Shown one piece after another: positions 15,135 through 24,929 of a stretch of DNA of 64,000 bases (positions are counted from its first letter, which is position 1; each line of letters starts with the position of its first letter). This DNA comes from an uncultured candidatus Porisulfidus sp. (lineage in GTDB: Bacteria; Pseudomonadota; Gammaproteobacteria; Poriferisulfidales; Poriferisulfidaceae): NCBI GenBank assembly GCA_965116025.1, contig OZ220480.1:1888001-1952000 (forward strand). Reading direction: 5' to 3'. The notes under the pieces are model-generated. The model had not been told where the DNA came from. It did no database searches and saw only the letters and a list, made by a program, of their open reading frames with translations. The position numbers and the translations under genes were made by a program.

Positions 15135-15562
15135 AGCTCCGTCTCCAAGCCCATGCTACGAGCGCTCCCCGCGATGATTTTGACGGCCGCGTCCAGATCG
15201 TTCGCGTTCAGGTCCGGCATCTTGATCGTCGCGATCTCCTCCAATTGCGCTCGCGTCACCGAACCGACCTTCACCGAGTTCGGAGTCGCGCTGCCCTTCT
15301 CCACGCCAGCCGCCTTGCGCAACAACACCGCGGCGGGCGGCGTCTTGATCACGAAATCGAAGCTACGGTCCGCGTACACCGTAATGACCACCGGCAACGG
15401 CATCCCTTTCTCCATCGACCCCGTGCGGTCGTTGAACGCCTTGCAGAACTCTGGGATGGCCAGACCGTGCTGGCCCAAGGCCGGGCCGACCGGGGGCGCC
15501 GGATTGGCGGACCCCGCCGGCACCTGAAGCTTGACGTAAGTCTTGATTTCCTTGCTCGCCAT
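15131..15562 (-). CDS. rplK: 50S ribosomal protein L11
   Basis: [22 protein letters not shown]. Confidence 0.98.
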   Translation of the reverse strand: MASKEIKTYVKLQVPAGSANPAPPVGPALGQHGLAIPEFCKAFNDRTGSMEKGMPLPVVITVYADRSFDFVIKTPPAAVLLRKAAGVEKGSATPNSVKVGSVTRAQLEEIATIKMPDLNANDLDAAVKIIAGSARSMGLETEL

Positions 15563-15572
15563 GAGCTCGCTC

Positions 15573-16151
15573 CTAATCCTTAGTGACCTGATCGAAACTC
15601 AACTCGACCGGCGTGGAGCGCCCGAAAATCTGGATGCCCACGCGCAGGCGGCCTTTCTCGTGGTTAGCCTCCTCGACCACGCCGTTGAAGTCGTTGAACG
15701 GTCCGTCGATGACCCGCACGACTTGGCCCGGCTCGTACACCACCTTGACCCGCGGCGCCTCCTGTCCCTCCTCGGTGCGCGCCAGTATGGATTCGACCTG
15801 GACATCCGGGATCGGTTCCGGCCGATGCCGGGCCCCACCAATGAAGCCTAGCACCTTGGGCGTGTCTCGCACCAGATGCCAGTTCTCTTCGGACCACATC
15901 ATCTGGACTAAAACGTAGCCGGGGAAGGTCTTTCGCCGAACGACCTTCTGTTTCCCGTCGCGCAACTCGATGCTGGCCTCCGAGGGAACCTCAATGCGCC
16001 CGAACTCGGACTGCTTACCCATGCGCTCTATGCGCTCCTGCAATTGGATCCGCACGCGCTCCTCGTAGTTGGAGTACGCCTGGACCGCGTACCAACGCAA
16101 GCCTTCGTTTTGGTCGTCTTCCAAGGTCGTCTCTTCCGTCATCGCGCTCAT
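15573..16151 (-). CDS. nusG: Transcription termination/antitermination factor NusG
   Basis: [23 protein letters not shown] motif [18 protein letters not shown]. Confidence 0.97.
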   Translation of the reverse strand: MSAMTEETTLEDDQNEGLRWYAVQAYSNYEERVRIQLQERIERMGKQSEFGRIEVPSEASIELRDGKQKVVRRKTFPGYVLVQMMWSEENWHLVRDTPKVLGFIGGARHRPEPIPDVQVESILARTEEGQEAPRVKVVYEPGQVVRVIDGPFNDFNGVVEEANHEKGRLRVGIQIFGRSTPVELSFDQVTKD

Positions 16152-16519
16152 CCCAAGAACAGGCTGATCCCCCAAGAGAGGATTCGATCCAGCAACCACA
16201 GAAACAGGGCCATCACGATCACCGCCACGAACACCACCAGGGAAGTCTGCAGGGTCTCGGCGCGCGTGGCCCATACCATCTTGCGCACTTCGGCGCGCGC
16301 TTCGCGCATGAACTCCAGGAAACGCTGACCATGCGCCGAGCCCGCCGCGACCGCCATGGCCGCCGCGAACAGCGCCACCAGGCCAAGCGCCCGGTACAGG
16401 AGCGCTTGCTCCGAGAAATAATAGAAGCCACCGATCGCCGCCAGCGACAACGCCGCCACCGCCGCCCAGCGCAACATGTCCGCCTGCGAGAGGCCCGGCT
16501 CGACGCGCTCTCGCGCCAT
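16148..16519 (-). CDS. secE: Preprotein translocase subunit SecE
   Basis: 3 TM segments, EARAEVRKMVW; located between tRNA-Trp and nusG. Confidence 0.95.
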   Translation of the reverse strand: MARERVEPGLSQADMLRWAAVAALSLAAIGGFYYFSEQALLYRALGLVALFAAAMAVAAGSAHGQRFLEFMREARAEVRKMVWATRAETLQTSLVVFVAVIVMALFLWLLDRILSWGISLFLG

Positions 16520-16537
16520 CACGCGACCCCCCACCGC

Positions 16538-16613
16538 TGGCAGGCCAGGAGGGACTCGAACCCCCAACCTGCGGTTTTGGAGACCGCTGCTCTACCAATT
16601 GAGCTACTGGCCT
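16538..16613 (-). tRNA. tRNA-Trp (CCA)
   Basis: AGGCCAGTAGCTCAATTGGTAGAGCAGCGGTCTCCAAAACCGC...GGTTCGAGTCC...GCCTGCCA. Confidence 0.97.
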
Positions 16614-16667
16614 TCGCGAGCATAATTTCACCACCTTTGGGCCTGACTCGAATCAACGTTCCGGCGC

Positions 16668-17858
16668 TTACTTGGAGATTTTGGTGACGACGCCGGCGCC
16701 GACCGTGCGGCCGCCCTCCCGGATGGCGAAGCGCAAGCCCTCCTCCATCGCGATCGGAGCCCCCAGCGACACCTCCAGCGAAACGTTGTCCCCCGGCATC
16801 ACCATCTCCGTCCCCGACGGCAGCGACACCGCCCCCGTCACGTCCGTCGTCCGAAAGTAAAACTGCGGACGATACCCCCCGAAAAACGGCGTGTGACGAC
16901 CCCCCTCCTCCTTCGACAGAACGTACACCTCCGCTGAAAACTCCGTGTGCGGCGTGATCGACCCCGGCGCGCACAGCACCTGACCCCGCTCAACCTCCTC
17001 GCGCTTCACGCCCCGCAGCAGCGCCCCGATGTTGTCCCCCGCCCGACCCTCGTCCAGCAGCTTCCGAAACATCTCCACCCCCGTGCACGTCGTCCGACCC
17101 GTCTCCCGCAAGCCCACGATCTCCACCTCGTCGTTCACCCGAACCACCCCGCGCTCCACGCGCCCCGTCACCACCGTCCCCCGACCCGATATCGTGAACA
17201 CGTCCTCCACCGGCATCAGAAAGTCCCCGTCCACCGCCCGCTCCGGCTCCGGAACGCTCGCGTCCAACGCCTCCACCAGCCGAGCGATCGAGCCCACCCC
17301 ATGCGGACCCTCATCCCCCTCCAGAGCCTTCAGTGCCGAGCCCACCACGATCGGAACCTCGTCCCCCGGAAACTCGTACTTGCTCAAAACCTCCCGAACC
17401 TCCATCTCCACCAGCTCCAGCAGCTCCGCGTCGTCCACCTGGTCCGCCTTGTTCAAATACACCACCATGTGCGGAACGCCCACCTGACGCGCCAGCAGGA
17501 TGTGCTCCCGCGTCTGCGGCATCGGACCGTCCGCCGCGCTCACCACCAGGATCGCCCCATCCATCTGCGCCGCCCCCGTGATCATGTTCTTCACATAGTC
17601 CGCATGCCCCGGACAGTCCACGTGCGCGTAGTGCCGAGACCCCGACTCGTACTCCACATGCGCCGTCGCGATCGTGATCCCACGCTCCCGCTCCTCCGGC
17701 GCGTTGTCTATCTGATCGTACCCACGCGTCTCCCCCCCGTGCGCCTCCGACATCACCTTCGTCAGCGCCGCCGTCAGCGTCGTCTTCCCGTGATCCACGT
17801 GACCGATCGTCCCCACGTTCACATGCGGCTTCACTCGCTCAAATCGCTCCTTCGCCAT
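16668..17858 (-). CDS. tuf: Elongation factor Tu
   Basis: [21 protein letters not shown]. Confidence 0.99.
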   Translation of the reverse strand: MAKERFERVKPHVNVGTIGHVDHGKTTLTAALTKVMSEAHGGETRGYDQIDNAPEERERGITIATAHVEYESGSRHYAHVDCPGHADYVKNMITGAAQMDGAILVVSAADGPMPQTREHILLARQVGVPHMVVYLNKADQVDDAELLELVEMEVREVLSKYEFPGDEVPIVVGSALKALEGDEGPHGVGSIARLVEALDASVPEPERAVDGDFLMPVEDVFTISGRGTVVTGRVERGVVRVNDEVEIVGLRETGRTTCTGVEMFRKLLDEGRAGDNIGALLRGVKREEVERGQVLCAPGSITPHTEFSAEVYVLSKEEGGRHTPFFGGYRPQFYFRTTDVTGAVSLPSGTEMVMPGDNVSLEVSLGAPIAMEEGLRFAIREGGRTVGAGVVTKISK

Positions 17859-17893
17859 CTCTCTCTCTCCCGTTGTTTTAGGTTGTTTTAGTC

Positions 17894-17969
17894 TGGAGCC
17901 CATAACCGGATTTGAACCGGTGACCTCTTCCTTACCAAGGAAGTGCTCTGCCGACTGAGCTATATGGGC
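17894..17969 (-). tRNA. tRNA-Thr (GGT)
   Basis: GCCCATATAGCTCAG...CTTGGTAAG...GGTTCAAATCC...CTCCA. Confidence 0.97.
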
Positions 17970-17994
17970 CGCGCGCCTCCGCCATCGGCGACAG

Positions 17995-18068
17995 TGGAGC
18001 GGGTGAGCGGAATCGAACCGCCACTATCAGCTTGGAAGGCTGAGGTTCTACCGTTGAACTACACCCGC
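17995..18068 (-). tRNA. tRNA-Gly (TCC)
   Basis: GCGGGTGTAGTTCAACGGTAGAAC...CTTCCAA...GGTTCGATTCC...CTCCA. Confidence 0.97.
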
Positions 18069-18099
18069 CCAACCCGCTTCCTCCGCTGGCGCCGCCCCT

Positions 18100-18184
18100 T
18101 GGTGGAGGGGGTAGGATTCGAACCTACGAAGGCTGAGCCAGCAGATTTACAGTCTGCCCCCGTTGACCGCTTGGGTACCCCTCC
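18100..18184 (-). tRNA. tRNA-Tyr (GTA)
   Basis: 85 nt with long variable arm, GCAGACTGTAAATCTGC anticodon arm, CCA end. Confidence 0.97.
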
Positions 18185-18313
18185 CAAAAATTAGGCTAAA
18201 GTATGTATTTTACCATAACCGAATTCTGTCTCGAGGCTCCATCTTTGAAGGACAAACGATGCGGATACTCGCTCGACCTATCGCTTCCGTCTCGGCCACA
18301 AAAAGAAGCCTAG

Positions 18314-18389
18314 TGGAGCTGGCGAGAGGATTCGAACCCCCGACCTGCTGTTTACAAAACAGCTGCTCTTCCTGCTGAGCTACGCCAGC
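18314..18389 (-). tRNA. tRNA-Thr (TGT)
   Basis: GCTGGCGTAGCTCAG...CTGTTTTGTAAACAG...GGTTCGAATCC...CTCCA. Confidence 0.96.
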
Positions 18390-18464
18390 CCGAGCCGTGG
18401 CGTGAATCTATTATAGGGCACTGCCAAATTCCAGGGGCATCCAAAAGAGCAACCACCCCAAATT

Positions 18465-19874
18465 TTAAAAGCTCACCTTGAGTTTCAGGGCTTCATTCCG
18501 TCGCTTGATTTTGGCGCGCAAATACTCCATGGGCCTATTGCCCTTGATCCGATTGCAGTTGCCACAGAGCAATTGATAGTTCTCGTAATAGTCCCCGCCA
18601 TTCTTTGACTTGGGAATAATATGGTCGATTTCCAGATTCCAGATGTCCATCTCCACACCGCAAGCGTTGCATAGTCCTTTTTGATCGTGAAACAATCTCG
18701 CCTTCACGTTCTGGTCGTCGGACGCGCACCGCTCCAGATCCGTGCGCGTTGGGGGTCTCGTGGAGTGCGCGAAATCCGTGAACAGGTTACCCTCGGAAGA
18801 AAGCCGATCCACTACCATCTCCGCAGCCTTTTCGGAAATATCTATGCCGATCCAATTTCTCCGCAAATGTTGCGCGGCCACGCACGTAGTTGCGCAACCG
18901 CAGAAAGGGTCGAACACCAAATCACCTTCCTCGGAACTGGCGAGGATGATCCTCTCCAGCAGGGCGAGAGGCTTCTGGGTGGGGTAATTCGTTCGCTCTT
19001 TTCCCTGCACCGGAAGAATATCATCCCAGAAATTTCCCGCGGGCACCCCTTGGTAATCCCCCTCGTATTTCCTGCGCTCCAGTTTTCCGTCCGGGCGAAT
19101 GACAATATTACCTTTCCGATATTCCTCTTCCATCCGCTCCTTGCTCAAGCGCCATCCTGATGGATGAGGGTTTCTGAACCCTCTCCACTCGTAGCACAGG
19201 TTCGGCCTAGCACCCATATTGGGAGTACGCCAGATATGAGCGTTGTCCAAGTAGTATCTCTTCCCTTTTTCATCAACATGATTAAATTTACTCGCGCGTT
19301 CATCATCGGTCATTTGTTTGTATGGCTTGACTCGGACCGCGCTTGACCGCGCGTAAAAGAAAATGATATCCGTATTGCTACCCCAGGATTTTGGCTGGAA
19401 TTGAGATCCCTTTTGCCGGGAAGTGGCCCGCTTCCAGGAAATTTCCTCTCGGAAGTTGCTTTTCCCGAAAATGGCATCCATTGCCATTTTCAGGTAATGG
19501 CTCGCCGTTGGGTCGCAATGCAGATAAAAGGAGCCAGTCGGCTTCAAAACGCGGCGCATTTCGATAATGCGCTGGGTCATATAGGTGAGGTACGACATCA
19601 TGGGTTTGGAGTGGATTTTCTCTACCGACAAAATGAACTGCACTAGATAAGGGTATTTTTCCACCAATTGATCCAGATAGGATTCGTCCACGTCCTGCCA
19701 TGCCCACATATCCTTGAAAGACGCGCCAGCCGCCTTGCTCCCAACTGGAGCTTCGTAGAGTCGTTTGGAATTGAAGGGAGGATCGAGATAAATGAGATCG
19801 ACGGTCTCGCTGTCCATACCGTGCAGGATATACAAATTATCTCCTGTATATAAGAAGTTGTCGCTCATGATCAT
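18465..19874 (-). CDS. Beta-class N6-A/N4-C DNA methyltransferase fused to a C-terminal HNH endonuclease domain
   Basis: IYLDPPFNS (motif IV) precedes YPTQKP and FDPFCGCATT (motif I); C-terminal CNAC..EIDHIIPKSKNGG..NYQLLCGNCNRIKG. Confidence 0.9.
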   Translation of the reverse strand: MIMSDNFLYTGDNLYILHGMDSETVDLIYLDPPFNSKRLYEAPVGSKAAGASFKDMWAWQDVDESYLDQLVEKYPYLVQFILSVEKIHSKPMMSYLTYMTQRIIEMRRVLKPTGSFYLHCDPTASHYLKMAMDAIFGKSNFREEISWKRATSRQKGSQFQPKSWGSNTDIIFFYARSSAVRVKPYKQMTDDERASKFNHVDEKGKRYYLDNAHIWRTPNMGARPNLCYEWRGFRNPHPSGWRLSKERMEEEYRKGNIVIRPDGKLERRKYEGDYQGVPAGNFWDDILPVQGKERTNYPTQKPLALLERIILASSEEGDLVFDPFCGCATTCVAAQHLRRNWIGIDISEKAAEMVVDRLSSEGNLFTDFAHSTRPPTRTDLERCASDDQNVKARLFHDQKGLCNACGVEMDIWNLEIDHIIPKSKNGGDYYENYQLLCGNCNRIKGNRPMEYLRAKIKRRNEALKLKVSF

Positions 19875-19919
19875 GCCGCCGCGGCCACGCGTTCCCTGTC
19901 GAAATTCCGGTGCTTTTCA

Positions 19920-20885
19920 TTATACGGGCGTACGCTGGAAGCCGCGGCGCGACAGGGTCAGAAACTTCTCGCATGCCGAGTCCAGCGGAGCCTGAAACCG
20001 CGCCGCGCCCCCCCGCGCGGGATGCGCGAGCTCCAAAGAGCGCGCATGCAGGAACAACCGCCGAAAGCCCTGCTCCCGAGCCCATCGGTTCACCGCGCGA
20101 CTGCCGTATCGGTCGTCCCCGACGATTGGACACCCGGCCTCGCTGGCATGCACTCGAATCTGGTGGGTGCGACCCGTTTCGATGCGAACCTCCATCAAGC
20201 AACTTCGCGCGAACTGTTCCAGAGGATGGAATCGGGTGAGCGCCTCTCGGCCTGCCTCGTCGACCACCGATTTTCGGCGTTTGGCGTGATGGTGACGGAC
20301 CAGCAGGGGCTCGCGCGCTTCCCGGATCTCTTCTGGCCACCGCCCCGCCACCAAGGCCCAATACGTTTTCCGCACGGACCTCTCCCGGAATTGCGCTTGC
20401 AGATTCAACAGGGCGCGACGATTGCGGGCGAGGATGAGACAACCGCTGCTACCACGGTCCAGCCGATGCGCGAGCTCTAGAAATTCTTTCTCGTCGCGCC
20501 GTCGCCGCAAAACGTCGATCAATCCGAAGCGGACTCGACTGCCGCCATGCACCGGCAACCCGGCCGGCTTGTCGACCACCAGAAGATCCGCGTCCTCATG
20601 CAGCACCGGCACAGGAATATCGGGAATTGGCGACGCGCGCTTCATCGATCCTTCCGGCTCATGCGGAGGGATTCGAACATCGTCGTCGGCGCGGAGGCGA
20701 GAGGACGGCTTCGCCCGGCCGCGATTGACGCGGACCTGACCCGTCCGAATCCACCGGTACACGACTTGGCGAGGCACGTTCACCCGCGCGAGCAAAAAAT
20801 TGTCGAGACGCCGTCCGAGCTCGTTCGCGCCAACGCGAACTAGCCTCGTTCGCTCGGTCTTAGCGCGTTCATCGCCAGAGGTCAT
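19920..20885 (-). CDS. rluC: 23S rRNA pseudouridine synthase, RluC-type
   Basis: N-terminal S4 domain (RLDNFL..GQVRVN), HRLDRGSSG, GRTHQIRVH. Confidence 0.9.
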   Translation of the reverse strand: MTSGDERAKTERTRLVRVGANELGRRLDNFLLARVNVPRQVVYRWIRTGQVRVNRGRAKPSSRLRADDDVRIPPHEPEGSMKRASPIPDIPVPVLHEDADLLVVDKPAGLPVHGGSRVRFGLIDVLRRRRDEKEFLELAHRLDRGSSGCLILARNRRALLNLQAQFRERSVRKTYWALVAGRWPEEIREAREPLLVRHHHAKRRKSVVDEAGREALTRFHPLEQFARSCLMEVRIETGRTHQIRVHASEAGCPIVGDDRYGSRAVNRWAREQGFRRLFLHARSLELAHPARGGAARFQAPLDSACEKFLTLSRRGFQRTPV

Positions 20886-20978
20886 TCAAAGTCATTCCAG
20901 GCGCGGGGATTCCATTCTACGCGGACGAAACGCTCCGAACTCGTATAATGCGAGCGTGATGATCGCGAGAGCGTTTCC

Positions 20979-21248
20979 ATGATCCACCTTGACCCGAAGC
21001 ATCTGGACGATTTGGCCCAACGCTTGGACGCGCTGATCCCGGAGTCCCTGCACTCAACCCGGGAAGAGATCCACAAGACGGTCCGGGCCTGCGTCGAAGG
21101 CCTGCTGCAGCGCTTGGACGTGGTGACTCGGGAAGAATTCGACGTTCAATCCAAACTGCTCGCCAAAACTCGCGAGCGGCTGGAGGAATTGCAGAAACGC
21201 TTGGACGCGCTGGAAAGCGACCAGCGTCCAAAAGATCCGGTCAGTTGA
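20979..21248 (+). CDS. ubiK: UbiK/YqiC (BMFP) family accessory factor
   Basis: LDVVTREEFDVQ..L..TRE.LE.L coiled coil; TATAAT at 20944-20949. Confidence 0.85.
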   Translation: MIHLDPKHLDDLAQRLDALIPESLHSTREEIHKTVRACVEGLLQRLDVVTREEFDVQSKLLAKTRERLEELQKRLDALESDQRPKDPVS

Positions 21249-21714
21249 GGCTTTCCAGCATATAGTCGACCGCGATTCGGACCTGATCGTCCGAGAGATC
21301 CGGTCGCCCGCCTTTCGGCGGCATCAGATTCAGACCGTTGATCACGCTCTCGTACAAAACTTCCTTCCCTTTCGACAAGCGATCCCCCCAGCCCGCCGGA
21401 TCCCCCAGTTTCGGCGAATTCAGGACGCCCGTGGTATGGCAAGCCTGACAAACGGCGTTGTATACGTCCTCTCCCGATTCCAAATCCGGCTCCGCCCGGG
21501 CTTCCGAGATCAACGCTATCGAGGCGGTCGCGAGCGGGGCATCGCCAGTATTGAGGTGGCCAACCGGCTCGATCCTCCGCTGGATCGCCTCAGCCACTTC
21601 AGGATCGCTCAGCTTCAGATCCGGTTCCACGATGCTCTGGGCGATTATGAACAGCGCGAGCGTCGCCGCGATCAGCGCGCAAAGAAGGCCCATGAAGAAA
21701 GTCGGCGTCGCCAT
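21241..21714 (-). CDS. Cytochrome c5 family protein
   Basis: N-terminal TM, RIEPVG, CQACH heme motif, MPPKGG. Confidence 0.9.
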   Translation of the reverse strand: MATPTFFMGLLCALIAATLALFIIAQSIVEPDLKLSDPEVAEAIQRRIEPVGHLNTGDAPLATASIALISEARAEPDLESGEDVYNAVCQACHTTGVLNSPKLGDPAGWGDRLSKGKEVLYESVINGLNLMPPKGGRPDLSDDQVRIAVDYMLESLN

Positions 21715-21780
21715 CAGTGCGGGATACTCCTTATGAGAACGTTGTGATATTGGATATTGATCGGGGCTAGAGCCTCTGGG

Positions 21781-22434
21781 TCAGTCCAGCGCGGCGAACG
21801 TCTGATCGCGGATCTCCTCAATCTCTCCAGAGCCGTCGATCACGTGATACCGCGGAGCGCCCTCTCCGCCGGACTCCGCCCATCGCGAATAGTAGTCGAT
21901 CAGCACCTCGGTCTGGTCATGGTAGACGGCAAGCCGTTGCCGCACCACCTCCTCGCGGTCATCGTCACGCTGGATCAGCGGCTCTCCCGTCTTGTCGTCC
22001 CGGCCTTCCTCTCGAGGAGGATTGTTATCAACGTGATAGACGCGCCCGGAAGCCGGGTGCACCCTGCGTCCGCTCATGCGGCGGATGATCTCCTCGTCGC
22101 TCACCCGGATCTCCACCACGTGGTCAATGTCGATCTCGTACTCGCGCAGGGCTTCCGCCTGATCCAGAGTCCGGGGAAATCCGTCCAGCAAGAAACCATC
22201 GCCACAGTCGGGCTCCGCGATTCGTTGCTCAACCAACCCCAAGATCAGCTGATCCGGAACCAAGCCCCCCTGGTTCATGATTTCCTTCGCCTCCTTGCCA
22301 AGCGGGGTTTGGTCCGCCACCGCCTTGCGCAACATGTCACCCGTCGAGATTTGCGGAATCCCGTATCGCTCGCAAATGAAATTCGCCTGAGTCCCCTTTC
22401 CGGCACCGGGGCCGCCCAATAAAATCACGCGCAT
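21781..22434 (-). CDS. adk: Adenylate kinase
   Basis: [25 protein letters not shown]. Confidence 0.98.
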   Translation of the reverse strand: MRVILLGGPGAGKGTQANFICERYGIPQISTGDMLRKAVADQTPLGKEAKEIMNQGGLVPDQLILGLVEQRIAEPDCGDGFLLDGFPRTLDQAEALREYEIDIDHVVEIRVSDEEIIRRMSGRRVHPASGRVYHVDNNPPREEGRDDKTGEPLIQRDDDREEVVRQRLAVYHDQTEVLIDYYSRWAESGGEGAPRYHVIDGSGEIEEIRDQTFAALD

Positions 22435-22524
22435 TGGCTTGTGCTAACTCGAATCGTTTGACTTGGCGGCTCGCGCGCGACCGCGCGACCACGCGGAGAA
22501 TTTTACCATAGCCCCCCGCTCAGG

Positions 22525-22725
22525 CTAATCGCGCTCATCGATCCAAGCCATCTGGATCGCCTCCAGAACGCGCTCGCCGCAACGCGCCGGATCGTCTTCG
22601 AAGTCCTCAAGGGCCAGCACCCAATCGCGCAAGTCCGTGAAGCGGACGTATCGCGGATCGACCTCTGGATGCGCCTCCTCAAGCTCGATCGCGATATCCA
22701 GCGAATCCGTCCAGCGAAGTCCCAT
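22525..22725 (-). CDS. iscX: Fe-S assembly protein IscX
   Basis: WTDSLDIAIEL, RFTDL, LEAIQMAW; end of isc operon. Confidence 0.95.
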   Translation of the reverse strand: MGLRWTDSLDIAIELEEAHPEVDPRYVRFTDLRDWVLALEDFEDDPARCGERVLEAIQMAWIDERD

Positions 22726-22737
22726 CGTTTTTCCTCC

Positions 22738-23076
22738 CTAATGATTCTCGGAAACCTGGTTTATCGTGTAACGCGGGAGCTCGACGACCAGATCCGTCTC
22801 GCCTATGATCGCCTGGCAACTTAGCCGGGAATCTGGATCCAGCCCCCACGCGCGGTCCAGCAAATCCTCCTCGTCCTCGGTCGCCTCGTTCAACGACCCC
22901 CCGCCCTCTCGGACATAGACGTGGCAAGTCGTGCATGCGCAGGACTTCTCGCAGGCATGCTCGATTTCAATGCCGCTCGACAAGGCCGCGTCGCAAATGC
23001 TCGTGCCGGGCTCCACCTCGATCACCCGTTCGGTCGGGCAAATCTCCTCGTGCGGCAAAAACCGTATGGACGGCAT
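22738..23076 (-). CDS. fdx: ISC 2Fe-2S ferredoxin
   Basis: HACEKSCACTTCH, SRLSCQ. Confidence 0.96.
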   Translation of the reverse strand: MPSIRFLPHEEICPTERVIEVEPGTSICDAALSSGIEIEHACEKSCACTTCHVYVREGGGSLNEATEDEEDLLDRAWGLDPDSRLSCQAIIGETDLVVELPRYTINQVSENH

Positions 23077-24926
23077 CAGTCCCTCTCCTGGAATTCCTCG
23101 AGCCTGCGCCCGCGCATCGCCTGCTGGACGCCACGGTTCATCCGCCGTTCCACGAAAGGGGCGCAAGCATCCTCCAGCGCCTTGACGCGATCACGGATCT
23201 CGTCAGCATCGGTTCCCTCTCGCGCACGCGCGAGCGCCTGAAGCGCCGCCTCGATCTCGTCGCGCTCCGTCTCGCCCGACAGCATATCCCCATCCACCTC
23301 CAGCGCGTCCCGCAACGCCTGCGTCACCCGGTCCGCCTCAACGCGCCGCTCGTTCAGAGCGCGACTCGTCACGTCCTCCCGCGCATGCTCGATCGAATCC
23401 CGTAGCATTCGCTCGATCTCCTCCTCCTCCAGCCCATACGACGGCTTGACCGACACTCCGGCGCGAACGCCGCTCACGGTCTCCACCGCCTCCACCATCA
23501 GCAATCCGTCCGCATCCACTTGAAACTCGACCCGGACGCGGGCGACGCCCGCCGTCATTGGCGGGATACCGCGCAGCTCGAAGCGCGCCAGCGAGCGGCA
23601 GTCCGAAACCAGTTCTCGCTCGCCCTGCACCACATGGATGGCGAGCGCGGTCTGCCCGTCTTTGAAGGTGGTGAACTCTTGGGCATGATGGGCCGGGATG
23701 GTCGTGTTGCGGTCGATGATCCGCTCCACGAGCCCTCCCATGATCTCGATCCCGAGCGATAGAGGAATGACGTCCAGCAGAAGCAGATCCTGGTCCTGGG
23801 CGTTGCCAACCAGCGCATCGGCCTGGATCGCGGCGCCCAACGCCACCACGCGGTCGGGATCGATTCCGACATGCGCCTCGCGGGCGAAGAATCTCGAGAC
23901 CTCGCGCCGCAAATATGGCATTCGCGTCACGCCGCCAACCAGAACCACCTCTTGGATATCCCCAACCGCGACCCGCGCGTCCGACAGGGCGCGGCGGCAA
24001 CACCGTAGCGTTCGCTCGATCAGGGGCGCCGAGAGCCGCTCCAGCTCTTCCCGGGTCAGGGTCAACGCCTCGCCGACCCCGAGATCGATTCGAACCGAAT
24101 TTCGTTCCGACAGATCCTCTCGCGCCTGGCGCAGCGTGCGTAAAAAGGTTCGCGTCCGCGTCCGATCCGTCCGCTCCACGCCAGTCTCGCGCCGCGCCCA
24201 ATCCAGCAGGATCCGATCCAGATCGTCCCCACCGAGTTCGGCATCTCCTCCCGTCGCCAGAACCTGGAACACGCCTCGACTCAGGCGCAGGATCGAGATA
24301 TCGAAAGTTCCCCCGCCCAAGTCGAAAACCGCGATCAGCCCGCGATCCTCTTCGCGGTCCAATCCATAGGCGATTGAGGCCGCGGTCGGCTCATTGAGAA
24401 GGCGCAATACCGGCAGTCCGGCAAGGCGCGCCGCGTCCTTGGTCGCCTGCCGCTGCGCCTCGTCGAAATAGGCTGGCACTGTAATGACCGCGCCGTCCAG
24501 CGCGCCGCCTAACTCCCGTTCCACTCGGTTTTTCAGGGCCGACAGAATATCCGCGGAGATTTCGACGGCGGTTTTCGGTCCGGCCGCCGTGCGGAACCGA
24601 GGAGCTCCCGAATCCAGATCTCCCTCTAGCTCGCGCTCGTCAGCGAGATCTCCGGCGCCGCGTCCCATCGCGCGCTTGATCGAGAAGAACGCTTCGCCCG
24701 AGGAATCCGCGGAAGGGGACGATGCCGCGCGTCCCACCGTCACCGAGCCATCCGCGGCGTAGAGCGCGACCGAAGGGAGGCGATGCCGCCCTTCCGCGTC
24801 CGGTAACGTGACCGCTCGCCCATCCCGCGCCACCGCTACCAACGAGTGCGTGGTTCCCAGATCAATGCCGCATGCGCGACGTCTAGGCCGCGCCTGCCCC
24901 GGCTCGGAAATCTGCAACAACGCCAT
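23076..24926 (-). CDS. hscA: Fe-S chaperone HscA
   Basis: MALLQISEPG, GIDLGTTHS, FTTFKDGQT. Confidence 0.97.
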   Translation of the reverse strand: MALLQISEPGQARPRRRACGIDLGTTHSLVAVARDGRAVTLPDAEGRHRLPSVALYAADGSVTVGRAASSPSADSSGEAFFSIKRAMGRGAGDLADERELEGDLDSGAPRFRTAAGPKTAVEISADILSALKNRVERELGGALDGAVITVPAYFDEAQRQATKDAARLAGLPVLRLLNEPTAASIAYGLDREEDRGLIAVFDLGGGTFDISILRLSRGVFQVLATGGDAELGGDDLDRILLDWARRETGVERTDRTRTRTFLRTLRQAREDLSERNSVRIDLGVGEALTLTREELERLSAPLIERTLRCCRRALSDARVAVGDIQEVVLVGGVTRMPYLRREVSRFFAREAHVGIDPDRVVALGAAIQADALVGNAQDQDLLLLDVIPLSLGIEIMGGLVERIIDRNTTIPAHHAQEFTTFKDGQTALAIHVVQGERELVSDCRSLARFELRGIPPMTAGVARVRVEFQVDADGLLMVEAVETVSGVRAGVSVKPSYGLEEEEIERMLRDSIEHAREDVTSRALNERRVEADRVTQALRDALEVDGDMLSGETERDEIEAALQALARAREGTDADEIRDRVKALEDACAPFVERRMNRGVQQAMRGRRLEEFQERD

Positions 24927-24929
24927 GCT

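Noticed and set aside
15573-16634. 353-aa extended NusG, and similar N-terminal extensions of rplJ, iscS, hisZ, miaA, hfq and the ThsB-like TIR in the ORF track
   Set aside because: The extensions overlap upstream genes or tRNAs; starts were reset to downstream codons matching family N-termini.
17859-17893. (CT)n run and GTTGTTTTAG direct repeat upstream of tuf
   Set aside because: Short; explained by the purine-rich RBS and the tRNA spacer.
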